A stretch of 64,000 nt of DNA, taken from Candidatus Pacearchaeota archaeon (lineage in GTDB: Archaea > Nanobdellota > Nanobdellia > Pacearchaeales > GW2011-AR1). Below, one piece after another: positions 55,001 to 63,808 of the stretch (positions are counted from its first letter, which is position 1; each line of letters begins with the position of its first letter). Under the pieces are notes generated by a model. The model made no database searches. It was not told where the DNA came from and saw only the letters and a program-made list of their open reading frames with translations. The translations under genes and the position numbers were made by a program. The stretch spans positions 1,998 to 65,997 of the forward strand of contig VGKO01000001.1 in the NCBI GenBank assembly GCA_016867035.1, in the 5' to 3' direction.

Positions 55001-55526
55001 CATAACCAAAAGTTTCCCTTATATAATCTATAAGAATCAGAGCCATACAAGAAGCTGTTGTTCCTGCGCTTCTAATTGGTCCAGAAAAATAAGGAACAAA
55101 ATACTCTTTTCCTTCCTTAGTCTTACCTAATTTTAATTCTGTAAAACCTTCTATAGGACTAGAAACCACCCCAAGCGTAGCATAAGCAAAACCCACCCTT
55201 ATACCTGCTTCCATTGCTTGTAGTAAGCTTTCAAACTTGCAGAATTTTTCTTTAGCTATTTCCTCTGCTATTCTAAATGCAACACCATAATCTAATTGTC
55301 CAAATTCTTTCTCAAGCTCTAAAATTCTTTTGACTATTCTTTCGTCGTTGATTTGAGGATATAAAACACTAATCAGCCCCACTACTTTTTCTGCAAGAGT
55401 TCTAGCAAGGGGAATTTCAACTTTATTTAGGGGATCTAGACCTTTTTTTCGAGCTTCTTCAGCTATACTATAACAAGCTCTTACTTGATCCTCCAGTTCA
55501 TGAAAATATTTTTCTATATCTACCAT
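52014..55526 (-). CDS. DNA polymerase II (PolD) large subunit DP2
   Basis: The 1170-aa product has an N-terminal 'MVDIEKYFHELEDQVR' characteristic of DP2, Zn modules 'CNKCNKETIYFVCEDCG' and 'CRECKAKFESRICPEH', and the C-terminal 'CVACNSKFRRPPLTGKCTKCEG'. There is no intein. It starts 1 bp after DP1. Confidence 0.9.
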   Translation of the reverse strand: MVDIEKYFHELEDQVRACYSIAEEARKKGLDPLNKVEIPLARTLAEKVVGLISVLYPQINDERIVKRILELEKEFGQLDYGVAFRIAEEIAKEKFCKFESLLQAMEAGIRVGFAYATLGVVSSPIEGFTELKLGKTKEGKEYFVPYFSGPIRSAGTTASCMALILIDYIRETFGYAKFDPDENEIKRFVTEIVDYHERVTNLQYLPTEEESYFLAKSLPIQISGEPSEQREVSNFKDLPRVQTNAIRGGLCLIFGEGLAQKAQKAQRLLKGLQAKGFKISDWGFLDDYIVLHKKREKGSTDTSPTYIKDLVAGRPVFGHPSRSGGFRFRYGRSRVAGFSATSIHPATMGISNDFLSTGTQLKIEKPTKGCIISSCDSIDGPIVKLKNGSVKKFNNYSEAKKAYPNVEEIIYFGDILFPFGDVLNRNYELLKAGFVEEWWELELKKIFKEKNLDFNQFNIDKSNISLEKALELSKSFGVSLHPSFIFFWTQITWEEFLELLYYLLNANINEDKIILPYREANREKFSRAKRALELLGIEHEVTLENIVIPDPWAGALLANLGITENILEYSGKKIDTEINNIISLVASDEIKLKGVLFAINQFSKYRIRDKAGTFIGTRMGRPEKAKLRRLIGNPNVLFPVGEEGGRFRSVNESFEVGEVKAEFPLYFCNKCNKETIYFVCEDCGEQTKALYYCRECKAKFESRICPEHKIGQRYSNRKIDMKNYFKKAYTHLGIEKDQVPPLIKGVKGTSNENHIPENLAKGILRARHGLAVNKDGTIRYDGTEAPITHFKPKEVQAPIEKLRSLGYEQDIFGKVLENENQILELKPHDILISACPDTLDERGDDVFIKICNFIDDLLVKFYKLKPFYNVKKKEDLIGQLTVCISPHNCACVVSRIIGFSKTQTIFASPYIHAACRRDCDGDELAVMMLLDTLLNFSRQYLPSHRGGTQDAPLVLNARIRAGEVDDQILDLEMCGSYPLEMYELSEQGGHHSSEIKIDNVKQRLAKGLDTFTNIGFTHDTNDFNEGVTNSSYKTIPNMLEKVRAQMDLVTKLRAAETGDVARLVIDRHFMRDLRGNLRKFCEQEFRCVACNSKFRRPPLTGKCTKCEGKIIFTISYGSIVKYLEPATELANKYAVPAYIKQNLLLTRRYIESIFGKETEKQSGLGDFITS

Positions 55527-55527
55527 T

Positions 55528-57096
55528 TTAATTTTGCGGTTCTGTAAAATCCAAGATTTTTATTTCCCGAGTTTTTAGATTTAACATAGGCACCTTGCAA
55601 GGATCTGGAATATTTCCAACTTTTTCTTCAAAAGCAGTTTGACTTTGCCAACAAGAACCACATACAATCAAAATATTATTATACATATCAATATCTGTTC
55701 TATGCATGTCTCCTGTAGCCATTATATCTGGCACTTCTTTTATCATTTGCATATCTTCTTTATCACTTGGAACATAAACATTGCCTGCATGCATTGGACT
55801 TAGGTGTCTATGACGCAACATATACTTCACAACCTTTGAAGGGTTTTTATTTGCTTGACCTTGTCTCAAATCTTCTATAGAATCTATCCAATCGTGCATA
55901 CTAGCACCATGATACATTCCAACTTTAAACCCTGGCTTTCTTTCACTTGATTCTATTTCAATTAAAGCAGGATTGCTTACTAGAAACAAATTATTAATTT
56001 TTGTAAGCTCTAACCCAAATTCTTCATCTACCGGTGGTTGTGGTTCTGGAACCCTAACTGCATCGTGCTGTCCTGGGCACATAATCATAGTAATATTTTT
56101 AGGAATTCTTTCGAGTAATTCTGCAAGAGCTTTATATTGGTCTTTTATATCTTTAATTTTAAGCAAGGGTTCCTGAGCAGGGTGTACTCCAACCCCATCT
56201 ACATTATCTCCTAAAATGAAAAGATATTTTATTTTACTTATCTTCTCTTTCATTTTTTCATCATCAATTCTACCATTAATCCAATCTAAAAACTTAAGAA
56301 AACTTTTTTCTAAAAAGAGAGTTGAACCAATATGAATATCTGAAATAAAGAGAGCATAAACTTCCTCTTCTGCTCTTTTCTTATCTACAATAAAACTATC
56401 TGCAAAAAATAAGTCATTTACATAAATTAGATCTCCGTTTCCAGAGCATTTAAAACCAATTACATCGTCTAAAACTATTTCCTTTGCTTTATCAAAAACC
56501 TCTTTTTTATCACAACTTATTAATAGATTAACCTTTCCCGTAATATCTTCCACTTCTAAGATAATATTTTTGTTTTTTGTTACTCTCTTATTAAAAACCA
56601 AACCAATAATAGAAAAACTCCTACTATTTCCAATCTTATTTATAGATAAAAGATTAGTAAGCTCTTTTCTTTCTTTTAGAACGTCCTTAAAAAAATTATA
56701 CCTATTTTTAAAGTGCGTTACAAAGTCTCTCACTTCAATTTTCTTATAAGGAATAATATTAGAAGAGAGTATTTTTACGGTTGGAAAAACCTTCTTTTCC
56801 TGAATCTCTAGTCTTTTCTCTTCTTTTTTTTCTATAAATGGGTTAGATAGGAAAAAACTATCTAATATTTGTTTTTTCTCAGGAGAAAATTTAGCAAAAA
56901 AAGATTTCACCTCATTTAAATTTGATTCAAATAGTCTTTTAGATATAATTCTTTGTTTAGTTAGGGCAAATAGATGTGTAAGCAAGCTCTCTCCAAAGTC
57001 ATTATCTGCAATCTTATTAAATAATTCAGAGATATCTTTGTCTAGAAGAAATCCTTTCTTTGCAAAGTGTCTAATTATATTTTCGTTTGTTTCCAT
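55528..57096 (-). CDS. DNA polymerase II (PolD) small subunit DP1 (OB fold plus calcineurin-like phosphoesterase)
   Basis: Phosphoesterase motifs 'FISDIHIGS', 'FILGDNVDG', 'CPGQHD', 'ATGDMHRT'. Its position between cdc6 and DP2 fits. Confidence 0.9.
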   Translation of the reverse strand: METNENIIRHFAKKGFLLDKDISELFNKIADNDFGESLLTHLFALTKQRIISKRLFESNLNEVKSFFAKFSPEKKQILDSFFLSNPFIEKKEEKRLEIQEKKVFPTVKILSSNIIPYKKIEVRDFVTHFKNRYNFFKDVLKERKELTNLLSINKIGNSRSFSIIGLVFNKRVTKNKNIILEVEDITGKVNLLISCDKKEVFDKAKEIVLDDVIGFKCSGNGDLIYVNDLFFADSFIVDKKRAEEEVYALFISDIHIGSTLFLEKSFLKFLDWINGRIDDEKMKEKISKIKYLFILGDNVDGVGVHPAQEPLLKIKDIKDQYKALAELLERIPKNITMIMCPGQHDAVRVPEPQPPVDEEFGLELTKINNLFLVSNPALIEIESSERKPGFKVGMYHGASMHDWIDSIEDLRQGQANKNPSKVVKYMLRHRHLSPMHAGNVYVPSDKEDMQMIKEVPDIMATGDMHRTDIDMYNNILIVCGSCWQSQTAFEEKVGNIPDPCKVPMLNLKTREIKILDFTEPQN

Positions 57097-57221
57097 TTCC
57101 TTAGCCCCTGATTTACTTTGTTCTATTAAAGCAATTAACCAGTCCAGACCGGATTTATTTATTGTTTTTGTTTTTTTATTTTTTTAAATATAGTTGTACT
57201 GCATTTGTGCTATTCTCAAAG

Positions 57222-58460
57222 TCATATTCCGAGCGAATCTCTTAGTATTTCTTTGATTTTTTCAATAATTCCTTGAGGAATAGCTAACTTTATTTCTTTA
57301 GTTCTTCCGTAACGCCCTTTACTAATAACCTTAGCATTAATTATCCCCAACATATCGAACTCTGATAAAATATCGCCCACCCTTCTTTGTGTTAAAACTT
57401 CCATATTTATTCTCTTGCATAAATCTTGATAAACATTATAAACATCTCCTGTAAAAATCTTTCCTGTTTCGTCATCAAAGAGTTGTTTTTGCTTTCTTGA
57501 ATATTCTCTTCCTTCTTCTAAATGTATAATTGCTTGAAGAACTGCTTGAAATTGTTTAGGTTCTGTTTCAACAATATCTAAAATCTTGTCCCTTTCTATT
57601 TTATTATTCGCTTCGTCTATATGCTTTATAGTTATCTTATTATCACCATTCCTTTCTGCTATCTCTCCTGCTACTCTTAATAAGTCGAGTGCTCTTCTAG
57701 CATCCCCGTGCTCGCGAGCAGCAAAGGCAGCACACTTGGAAAGAGCGGCAGGATCTATTATATTCTCTTTAAAAGCTTCTAATGCTCTTTTATTTAATAT
57801 TCCTTGTAATTGAAGAGCGTTATAAGGTGGAAAAACTATTTCTTCTTCGCTTAGACTACTTCTTACTCGTGGATCAAGGCTTTCTAAAAATCTTAAATCA
57901 TTACTTATCCCAACAATTATAATTTGAGTTTTAGTCAACTCACTATTTAATCTAGTAAGATTATACAAAAAATTGTCCGAAATCTTCTTCACTAACTGAT
58001 CAATTTCGTCAAGAATTAAAATAAATAATTTTTCTTTTGAGTTTTGAAGTAAATTAAGAAACTTATTATAAACTTGGTCTGTAGGCAAACCCGTAGCAGG
58101 AACATCCCCTCCTAGCTGCTTGATTAATTCAGCTAACATTCTATACTCTGTATCTGCAACTTTCTTAAGTTTGCAATTAACATATTCTATTCTTAAGGGA
58201 TATTGTTCTTTTGCTCTTTTTGAAAGTTCATTGCGAACATACTGTACTGTTAAAGTTTTTCCGGTTCCTGTCTTTCCGTAAATAAAAAGGTTAGAAGTTT
58301 TCTGCCCAATTAAAGCAGGAGCAAGAATAGAGGCTACAGTCTCTATTTGTTTATCTCTATAAGGAATCTCCAATGGCGAATAATTTGACTGTAGAACAGT
58401 CTTATTTTTAAAAAGAGTTCTAGAATTAATTGAATCAAAAATTTTATCTATTTTATCCAT
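57222..58460 (-). CDS. cdc6: Orc1/Cdc6 replication initiator
   Basis: AAA+ Walker A 'IYGKTGTGKTLTV', Walker B 'LILDEID', sensor regions and a C-terminal winged helix. It is adjacent to the AT-rich putative origin. Confidence 0.9.
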   Translation of the reverse strand: MDKIDKIFDSINSRTLFKNKTVLQSNYSPLEIPYRDKQIETVASILAPALIGQKTSNLFIYGKTGTGKTLTVQYVRNELSKRAKEQYPLRIEYVNCKLKKVADTEYRMLAELIKQLGGDVPATGLPTDQVYNKFLNLLQNSKEKLFILILDEIDQLVKKISDNFLYNLTRLNSELTKTQIIIVGISNDLRFLESLDPRVRSSLSEEEIVFPPYNALQLQGILNKRALEAFKENIIDPAALSKCAAFAAREHGDARRALDLLRVAGEIAERNGDNKITIKHIDEANNKIERDKILDIVETEPKQFQAVLQAIIHLEEGREYSRKQKQLFDDETGKIFTGDVYNVYQDLCKRINMEVLTQRRVGDILSEFDMLGIINAKVISKGRYGRTKEIKLAIPQGIIEKIKEILRDSLGI

Positions 58461-59215
58461 CTCTTTTTGTTTGTTTATTCTTTGTTTTTTAATTAATAAT
58501 AAAGGTTATTTATATTGAGTGGATAAAAGTATTATATAAACATAATTGTAATTTTGAATATATTTAACAACCTATATTTCTCATAGAGGCTATTAAGCAT
58601 ATATTTTATCCCCAACGGAAAAACATCTAAAGAAGTTTATAAAACCATGCAATCACTTAAAAGAAAGAACACCTATTTTTCGCTTGGAAAAGAGGTAAAA
58701 CTAGAATTAAACTAAAAAGTAAATCTAAAACAACCAAATAAAGTAAAGTAAAGTAAAGTAAAAACCCTCCTACCCCTTAATACCCACTGGAAAAAGATAA
58801 ACAGGAAACATAATAATATTTTAATGATACCCTATAAATAAAAATAAGGAAAAATTACAAAAAACCTTAAACATTATTCTATAAAATATATTAATTAATA
58901 TATATAATATAATATATATACTATACTATACTATATATTTATAAATAAAAAATAAAAAAATAAAAACACTAGTTTTGATTTATAAATATTTCCATATGAA
59001 ATAAAAGGGTAGGTGTAACCCTTATTTTCCTTTATTTTTCATAGTTTTTCATAGTTTTTCGCAGCTTTTTGCTTAGAATAATATCTTTTACCTGCTTTTT
59101 TATCATAATCTTTAAATTAATTTTATTTATATCTTTTTTATTAAGAAATATAATCTTTTTTTATAATCAAACAAATATAGAAATATTTATAAAGAGGCTT
59201 TTGATACATTAAATT
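58461..59215. other. Candidate chromosomal replication origin (oriC): AT-rich intergenic region with ORB-like motifs, a DUE-like A/T block and short tandem repeats
   Basis: It lies immediately upstream of orc1/cdc6 and is the longest non-coding stretch in the window. The block 58861-58980 is almost pure A/T. ORB-like cores are 'cccaacGGAAAaac' (58611-58624) and 'cccactGGAAAaag' (58783-58796). An (aagta)x4 repeat lies at 58741-58760. On the minus strand, 'GGAAAAtaAGGGTT' lies within 59005-59030. 'atagtttttc' occurs twice at 59040-59060. Gene polarity diverges here. Confidence 0.6.
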
Positions 59216-59476
59216 ATGGCTATAGAAAAAAAGACATTAAAAGAGTTAATGGGTAAACTAATTGTTACAAAAGAAGGTAAGAGATTAGGTATTGTTCAAG
59301 ATGTTACTTTCGAAACTCGAACAGGCGAGCTTATTCATGTAGTAGTTAAAGATCCTACTCCTTACACAAGAAGCGTTAATTTAGAAAAGACAGCTGAAGG
59401 CGAGACACTTATACCTTACAATTCAATTATAGCAGTAGGGGATTTCTTAGTTATATCAGAAGAAGATTTAGTTTAA
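59216..59476 (+). CDS. PRC-barrel domain protein (stand-alone, 86 aa)
   Basis: 'LMGKLIVTKEGKRLGIVQDVTFETRTGELIHVVVKD' plus 'IPYNSIIAVGDFLVIS' give a PRC-barrel pattern. Confidence 0.55.
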   Translation: MAIEKKTLKELMGKLIVTKEGKRLGIVQDVTFETRTGELIHVVVKDPTPYTRSVNLEKTAEGETLIPYNSIIAVGDFLVISEEDLV

Positions 59477-59549
59477 TTCTTCTATTATTTAAATTTTATA
59501 TTTAGCCTGAAACAATAATCTTTAAAAACCAGGTTTATTATGCTTTAAC

Positions 59550-60020
59550 ATGAAAATAATAGGATTAGTATTTGAGAAGATCTCTATTGAGAAGAAAAAT
59601 GCTATTAAAGAAAAGACTGAAATAAAGTCTGGCTTAAGTATAACTGACATAAAAAAAGAAGAAAATAATCTTTCTGATAAGGATGCCTTACGCTTTGACT
59701 TCAGCTATGAAGTAGATTATTCTCCTGAAATTGCTAAAGTAGAGTTAAAAGGTAGCATAATCACAATAGATGATAAAGGAGAATCAAAAGAGATCTTTAA
59801 ATCTTGGAAAGAAAAGAAAGTAGAAGATAAAATAAGAATTCCTTTATTTAATTTTATAATGGAAAAATGCAATGTTAAAGCTTTAGCATTGGAAGATGAT
59901 TTAGGTATGCCTTTCCACATGCCCATGCCTAGGATAGGTGTTAGGGCTCAAACTCAAGATAACAAAGACGAAAAGAATAAAAACAATAAAGAAAAAAATC
60001 CCGCGAATTACGCAGGATAA
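59550..60020 (+). CDS. Hypothetical protein (156 aa) with Lys/Asn/Asp-rich C-terminal tail
   Basis: ORF only. Confidence 0.35.
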   Translation: MKIIGLVFEKISIEKKNAIKEKTEIKSGLSITDIKKEENNLSDKDALRFDFSYEVDYSPEIAKVELKGSIITIDDKGESKEIFKSWKEKKVEDKIRIPLFNFIMEKCNVKALALEDDLGMPFHMPMPRIGVRAQTQDNKDEKNKNNKEKNPANYAG

Positions 60021-60126
60021 TTTTTCCGAGAACCAATAGTTAAGAGGTGCCGGCCTCTTAGAGCCTTATTCTAAGCAATTAAATAAACTCAGAAAATAAA
60101 TAAGCAGCTTATTTTAATTTCATAAA

Positions 60127-60636
60127 ATGCCCGAACAAACATCCCAAGATGTTAGAACTTTTTTAGCAGAGCAAGTTTATCTTCCAGGTTATATGCTTTT
60201 AGGAAATCATGAACAACATGACGCACAGGGTTCTAATTTTTCTTTTAATGTTAGAGAACCGCCAGTTGCTAGAGAAAGCATACTACATTATCTTACTCCG
60301 CGAGGATTACATATCTGTTTGTCTCAAGCAGGTTATGCGATGGTAGAAAGAATGGTTTCACAGGGCGCATTTGGCGAGATGAATTTAGAAAAATTAAGGC
60401 AAACTTTGCTTTCTGGGAGGATTAAGATAAAAAGAATTTATGAGGATTTTAAAAGGGAAGTTGATTTAGCCGGTATTGTTGAAGCAAGATTTGATATCGT
60501 GGCCTTTAGAGCGGGCAGGCTTCCACTTTTAAAGATTGGTTTTAATTTTAATAATCGTGCAATAGGCGGTTTTTTTGTTTCTACTATTGTACCTACACCA
60601 ACAGCACAATTAAATTCAGATGTATCAAGAATTTAA
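60127..60636 (+). CDS. Hypothetical protein (169 aa), moderately GC-richer
   Basis: ORF only. No motif recognised. Confidence 0.35.
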   Translation: MPEQTSQDVRTFLAEQVYLPGYMLLGNHEQHDAQGSNFSFNVREPPVARESILHYLTPRGLHICLSQAGYAMVERMVSQGAFGEMNLEKLRQTLLSGRIKIKRIYEDFKREVDLAGIVEARFDIVAFRAGRLPLLKIGFNFNNRAIGGFFVSTIVPTPTAQLNSDVSRI

Positions 60637-61729
60637 AATGCCACTTGACTTAAGAACCCAAAAACTAGCAAAGCTAGTAGTAAACTACAGCGTATTTGTA
60701 AAACCAGGTGAAAATGTAGTTATTAGTGGAAGCACAGAAGCCCAAGATTTTATTCTTGCTTTATACAAAGAAGTTCTTTTAGCAGGCGCACATCCTATTC
60801 TTAGAGTTAATATCCCCGGAACAAACGAATTTTTCTTCAAGCATGCAAACAAAGAACAAGTAGAAAAGTTTCCAGAGTATTTTAATTATTTAGTCAAAAA
60901 CAGTCAAAAATATATTGGCATCTTAACAGAATCAAATACAAGAGAATTAACTAATTGCAATCCTAAAAAGATGACTGCTCGAGCAAAAGTAACTCATCCG
61001 ATTAGCGAATATATTTGCAATTCTAAACCAAAGATGCATCGCTGTTCTGTCGGATTTCCTTGTCAATCTCTTGCTCAAGAAGCAGATATGTCTCTTCAAG
61101 AATATGAGGCCTTTGTTTTTGGTGCTTGTTTACAAGATTGGAAAACCCTTGGAAAAAAGATGGATAAAATAAAATCCAGATTCAGAAAGAATTCTCAAGT
61201 TCATTTAATTGGCGAAGGAATTGATTTAAAGATGCAAGTTCATGGACATTTAGCTGTAGCTGATAAGGGTGAAGAAAATATGCCTGGCGGCGAGATTTTC
61301 ATGGCTCCGGTTAAAGAAAGTTTAGAAGGCTGGGTCAAATTTGATTATCCTTCTATTAGAGACGGAAAAGAAGTCACTGATATTTTTATCAAATTTAGTA
61401 AAGGTAAAGTTATTGAAGCAAAAGCAGGCAAAAACCAAGATTTCTTAAAAGAAATGCTCGCTACAGATGAAAACTCAAGTTATGTAGGCGAGTTAGGTAT
61501 TGGTTGTAATCCAAAAATAACAAAATTCACTAATGAACTTTTATTCGATGAAAAAATTGGCGGAACAATTCACTTAGCTTTTGGTGCAGCTTACAAAGAG
61601 AACACGCCCGAGGAGGAGCAAGGCAAAAGAAATTCTGCGGTTCATTGGGATATTGTCAAAGATATGAAGAAAGCCAAGATAATTGTTGATAATAAAGTCT
61701 TGCAAGAAAATGGTGTTTGGAAGTTATAA
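60620..61729 (+). CDS. M29-family aminopeptidase (AmpS/PepS, thermophilic metalloprotease type)
   Basis: N-terminal 'QKLAKLVVNYSVFVKPGENVVISG' is characteristic of M29. The 369-aa size and conserved His/Glu/Asp positions later ('HGHLAV', 'GGEIFMAP', 'HLAFG') fit. Confidence 0.7.
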   Translation: MYQEFKMPLDLRTQKLAKLVVNYSVFVKPGENVVISGSTEAQDFILALYKEVLLAGAHPILRVNIPGTNEFFFKHANKEQVEKFPEYFNYLVKNSQKYIGILTESNTRELTNCNPKKMTARAKVTHPISEYICNSKPKMHRCSVGFPCQSLAQEADMSLQEYEAFVFGACLQDWKTLGKKMDKIKSRFRKNSQVHLIGEGIDLKMQVHGHLAVADKGEENMPGGEIFMAPVKESLEGWVKFDYPSIRDGKEVTDIFIKFSKGKVIEAKAGKNQDFLKEMLATDENSSYVGELGIGCNPKITKFTNELLFDEKIGGTIHLAFGAAYKENTPEEEQGKRNSAVHWDIVKDMKKAKIIVDNKVLQENGVWKL

Positions 61730-61756
61730 TCTTAATTTAACACACCAACACAATCA

Positions 61757-62524
61757 TTACTCCATCTCACCAAGTTTTCCAAACCCAAGTGCTTCTTTTC
61801 CCGGCTCTTGGATAATAAATATTTCAAAATCATCTAAATCTTTATTTGGAACTATAGAAAAAGAATTATCCATTATTTGATCCATGTCATTAGCAGCAAC
61901 ACCTTCTGTAAGACTCAAAAAACTAGGCACAATCACAAAATCTTTTTTATTGTATCTCCCAACTAGAAAGCATTTATATTTTTCATTTTTTATTTTCATT
62001 TCATCTCGGAGGGTTATACTCGGGTGTAGATGCCCCATAATCACTAGATTAATTTCTTTATCATAAATCTCTGAATAAGCCCTATCTCCATGTATAAAAG
62101 CAATATCTTTTAAGATATAGTAATCTAAATATTTTCCATTATTCTCATTCTTTTCGTGGTTTCCTCTAATAAAAATAATGTTTTTTTCCTCAACATAGTT
62201 TTTTAGGAAAGCCAAAAGTTGAAGAAGCTCCTTATTTTCTTCATAATTAAAGCCAAAATGGTGTTTTATATCTCCTAAAAAGATAATCTTACCGATTTTT
62301 CCATATTTTTCTTTAATATAACTCAGGGTTTCTTTTAACTCTCTAATTAAATCCTTAAATTGTTCTAAAGGTATAGAGAGGCCTTGCTCTCTTAGCATCT
62401 TTTCATAACCTAGATGCAAGTCTCCAATACATACTATCTTTTCCTTAGGGAAAAATAGAGTTTTTCCCACAAAAAAATATTTTTTTTCTTGTACTCTCTT
62501 TTCCATATATATTTTAGGATGCAA
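61757..62524 (-). CDS. Calcineurin-like metallophosphoesterase
   Basis: 'IVCIGDLHLGYE', 'FLGDIKHH', 'FIRGNHEKN', 'VIMGHLHP'. Confidence 0.65.
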   Translation of the reverse strand: MHPKIYMEKRVQEKKYFFVGKTLFFPKEKIVCIGDLHLGYEKMLREQGLSIPLEQFKDLIRELKETLSYIKEKYGKIGKIIFLGDIKHHFGFNYEENKELLQLLAFLKNYVEEKNIIFIRGNHEKNENNGKYLDYYILKDIAFIHGDRAYSEIYDKEINLVIMGHLHPSITLRDEMKIKNEKYKCFLVGRYNKKDFVIVPSFLSLTEGVAANDMDQIMDNSFSIVPNKDLDDFEIFIIQEPGKEALGFGKLGEME

Positions 62525-62558
62525 TTTTGTTTATAAACTCTTTTTATCTGGGTAAAAC

Positions 62559-62966
62559 ATGTCCGGACCAACAAGATCAGACCAAGCAAGAACTCTTCTA
62601 GAATTGGCCCAAGAACTAGAAAGAGAAAATAGGGCTTCAAACGAATTTGCAGTAGACCCACAAAATAAAATAAGAGTCTTTCTAAGATTAACAGAATATT
62701 CGCCTTCAGTACCCCCTAAAGATTTAAAATTGGGCGGAAACCTGGTTAAAGTAAGCTATACCTATGGGCAGGGGAAAAGTAAATTGTACATATTTAAAAC
62801 AGACGCGGACGGAGAAATAAGTATTTTAGATACTAAAAGAGAGCAACCCACCATGGTTTCTTCTATCGTACTGCCTTCATTGCTTGCCTTAAATAGCCCC
62901 GTATTATTTTTACCCGCAGCTAACTTTGGGAAATCAGCGAAGCTAGGATTATTAATTGGGGATTAA
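62559..62966 (+). CDS. Hypothetical protein (135 aa)
   Basis: ORF only. Confidence 0.3.
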   Translation: MSGPTRSDQARTLLELAQELERENRASNEFAVDPQNKIRVFLRLTEYSPSVPPKDLKLGGNLVKVSYTYGQGKSKLYIFKTDADGEISILDTKREQPTMVSSIVLPSLLALNSPVLFLPAANFGKSAKLGLLIGD

Positions 62967-63442
62967 GTTTTTCTTGAGAATATTTCTTTCAAATGCAACT
63001 CCTATATTTTTTTAATATTAAATCTATAAGACCCCATCGCTCGCTCTGCTCGCTTCTATAATACGCTCGCCCTGCTGGGCTCGCTTATGTAGCGGGCTCA
63101 ATTCTACCTAGTTCAAAACCTACCTTGATTTAACAGGCGGTTTTAATTTAACTGCTTCAAGATAAGTTCTGCACCCATCGTATCTCGAGCAAGTCAAACA
63201 CAAGGCATTAGTATTTCCAGCTGCTTCAGCATGCCTTATATAACAATCATAAGTTAATTCGGGTTGCATTCCTTTTTGCTCTTCTCACGTTCTTGCTAAT
63301 CTCTCCAGAATTCCCCTTATTTTTCTAACATCTATTTCAAATATCTTTAGCCATCTTTCGCACAAGCCCTCGTTTCTAGCTTCCATAAAAATTAATCAAA
63401 AAACCAGCTTATAATCATTATCAATCTTGAGTATAATAATTT

Positions 63443-63808
63443 TTATCTAAAATACTCATAAGGAATTCTTATAATATCCAAGTATAATAGAACTATGATT
63501 ATAATACTATAAATTACTACCCAGACCAAACCCATTACAATACTTTCTTTTTTCCAGCCATAAACTTGTTGTAAAGGGGTATTGATAGAATACTTGAGTA
63601 TTAGCAAACCCCCAATATTTAGTAAAAAATAAAATCCAACAAAGCACAAATTGAATAGATTTGGGTCATATTTGGCTATAGCAACTAAAAACGCAAATAA
63701 ATAAGCCAGGGGCGCATTAATTAATAAATTGTTCCACCAGGAAACAGGAGAGAGGAGATATCCTAAAAAATATAAAGAACCCACGAGCACTTCTTTTATT
63801 TTTTTCAT
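63443..63808 (-). CDS. Small integral membrane protein (3-4 TM), unknown function
   Basis: Hydrophobic helices throughout. Confidence 0.4.
   Translation of the reverse strand: MKKIKEVLVGSLYFLGYLLSPVSWWNNLLINAPLAYLFAFLVAIAKYDPNLFNLCFVGFYFLLNIGGLLILKYSINTPLQQVYGWKKESIVMGLVWVVIYSIIIIVLLYLDIIRIPYEYFR

Noticed and set aside
52014-55526. Looked for an intein in PolD DP2, as in many archaeal PolD and RadA genes.
   Set aside because: The 1170-aa length is normal for intein-free DP2. No Hint/endonuclease block motifs were seen.
58741-58975. Short tandem repeats in the intergenic region, (aagta)x4 and 'ctatactatactatat', considered as a possible CRISPR or minisatellite.
   Set aside because: Units are 5 bp with no spacer structure. 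They are more consistent with origin-associated AT-rich repeats. No CRISPR array or cas genes anywhere in the window.
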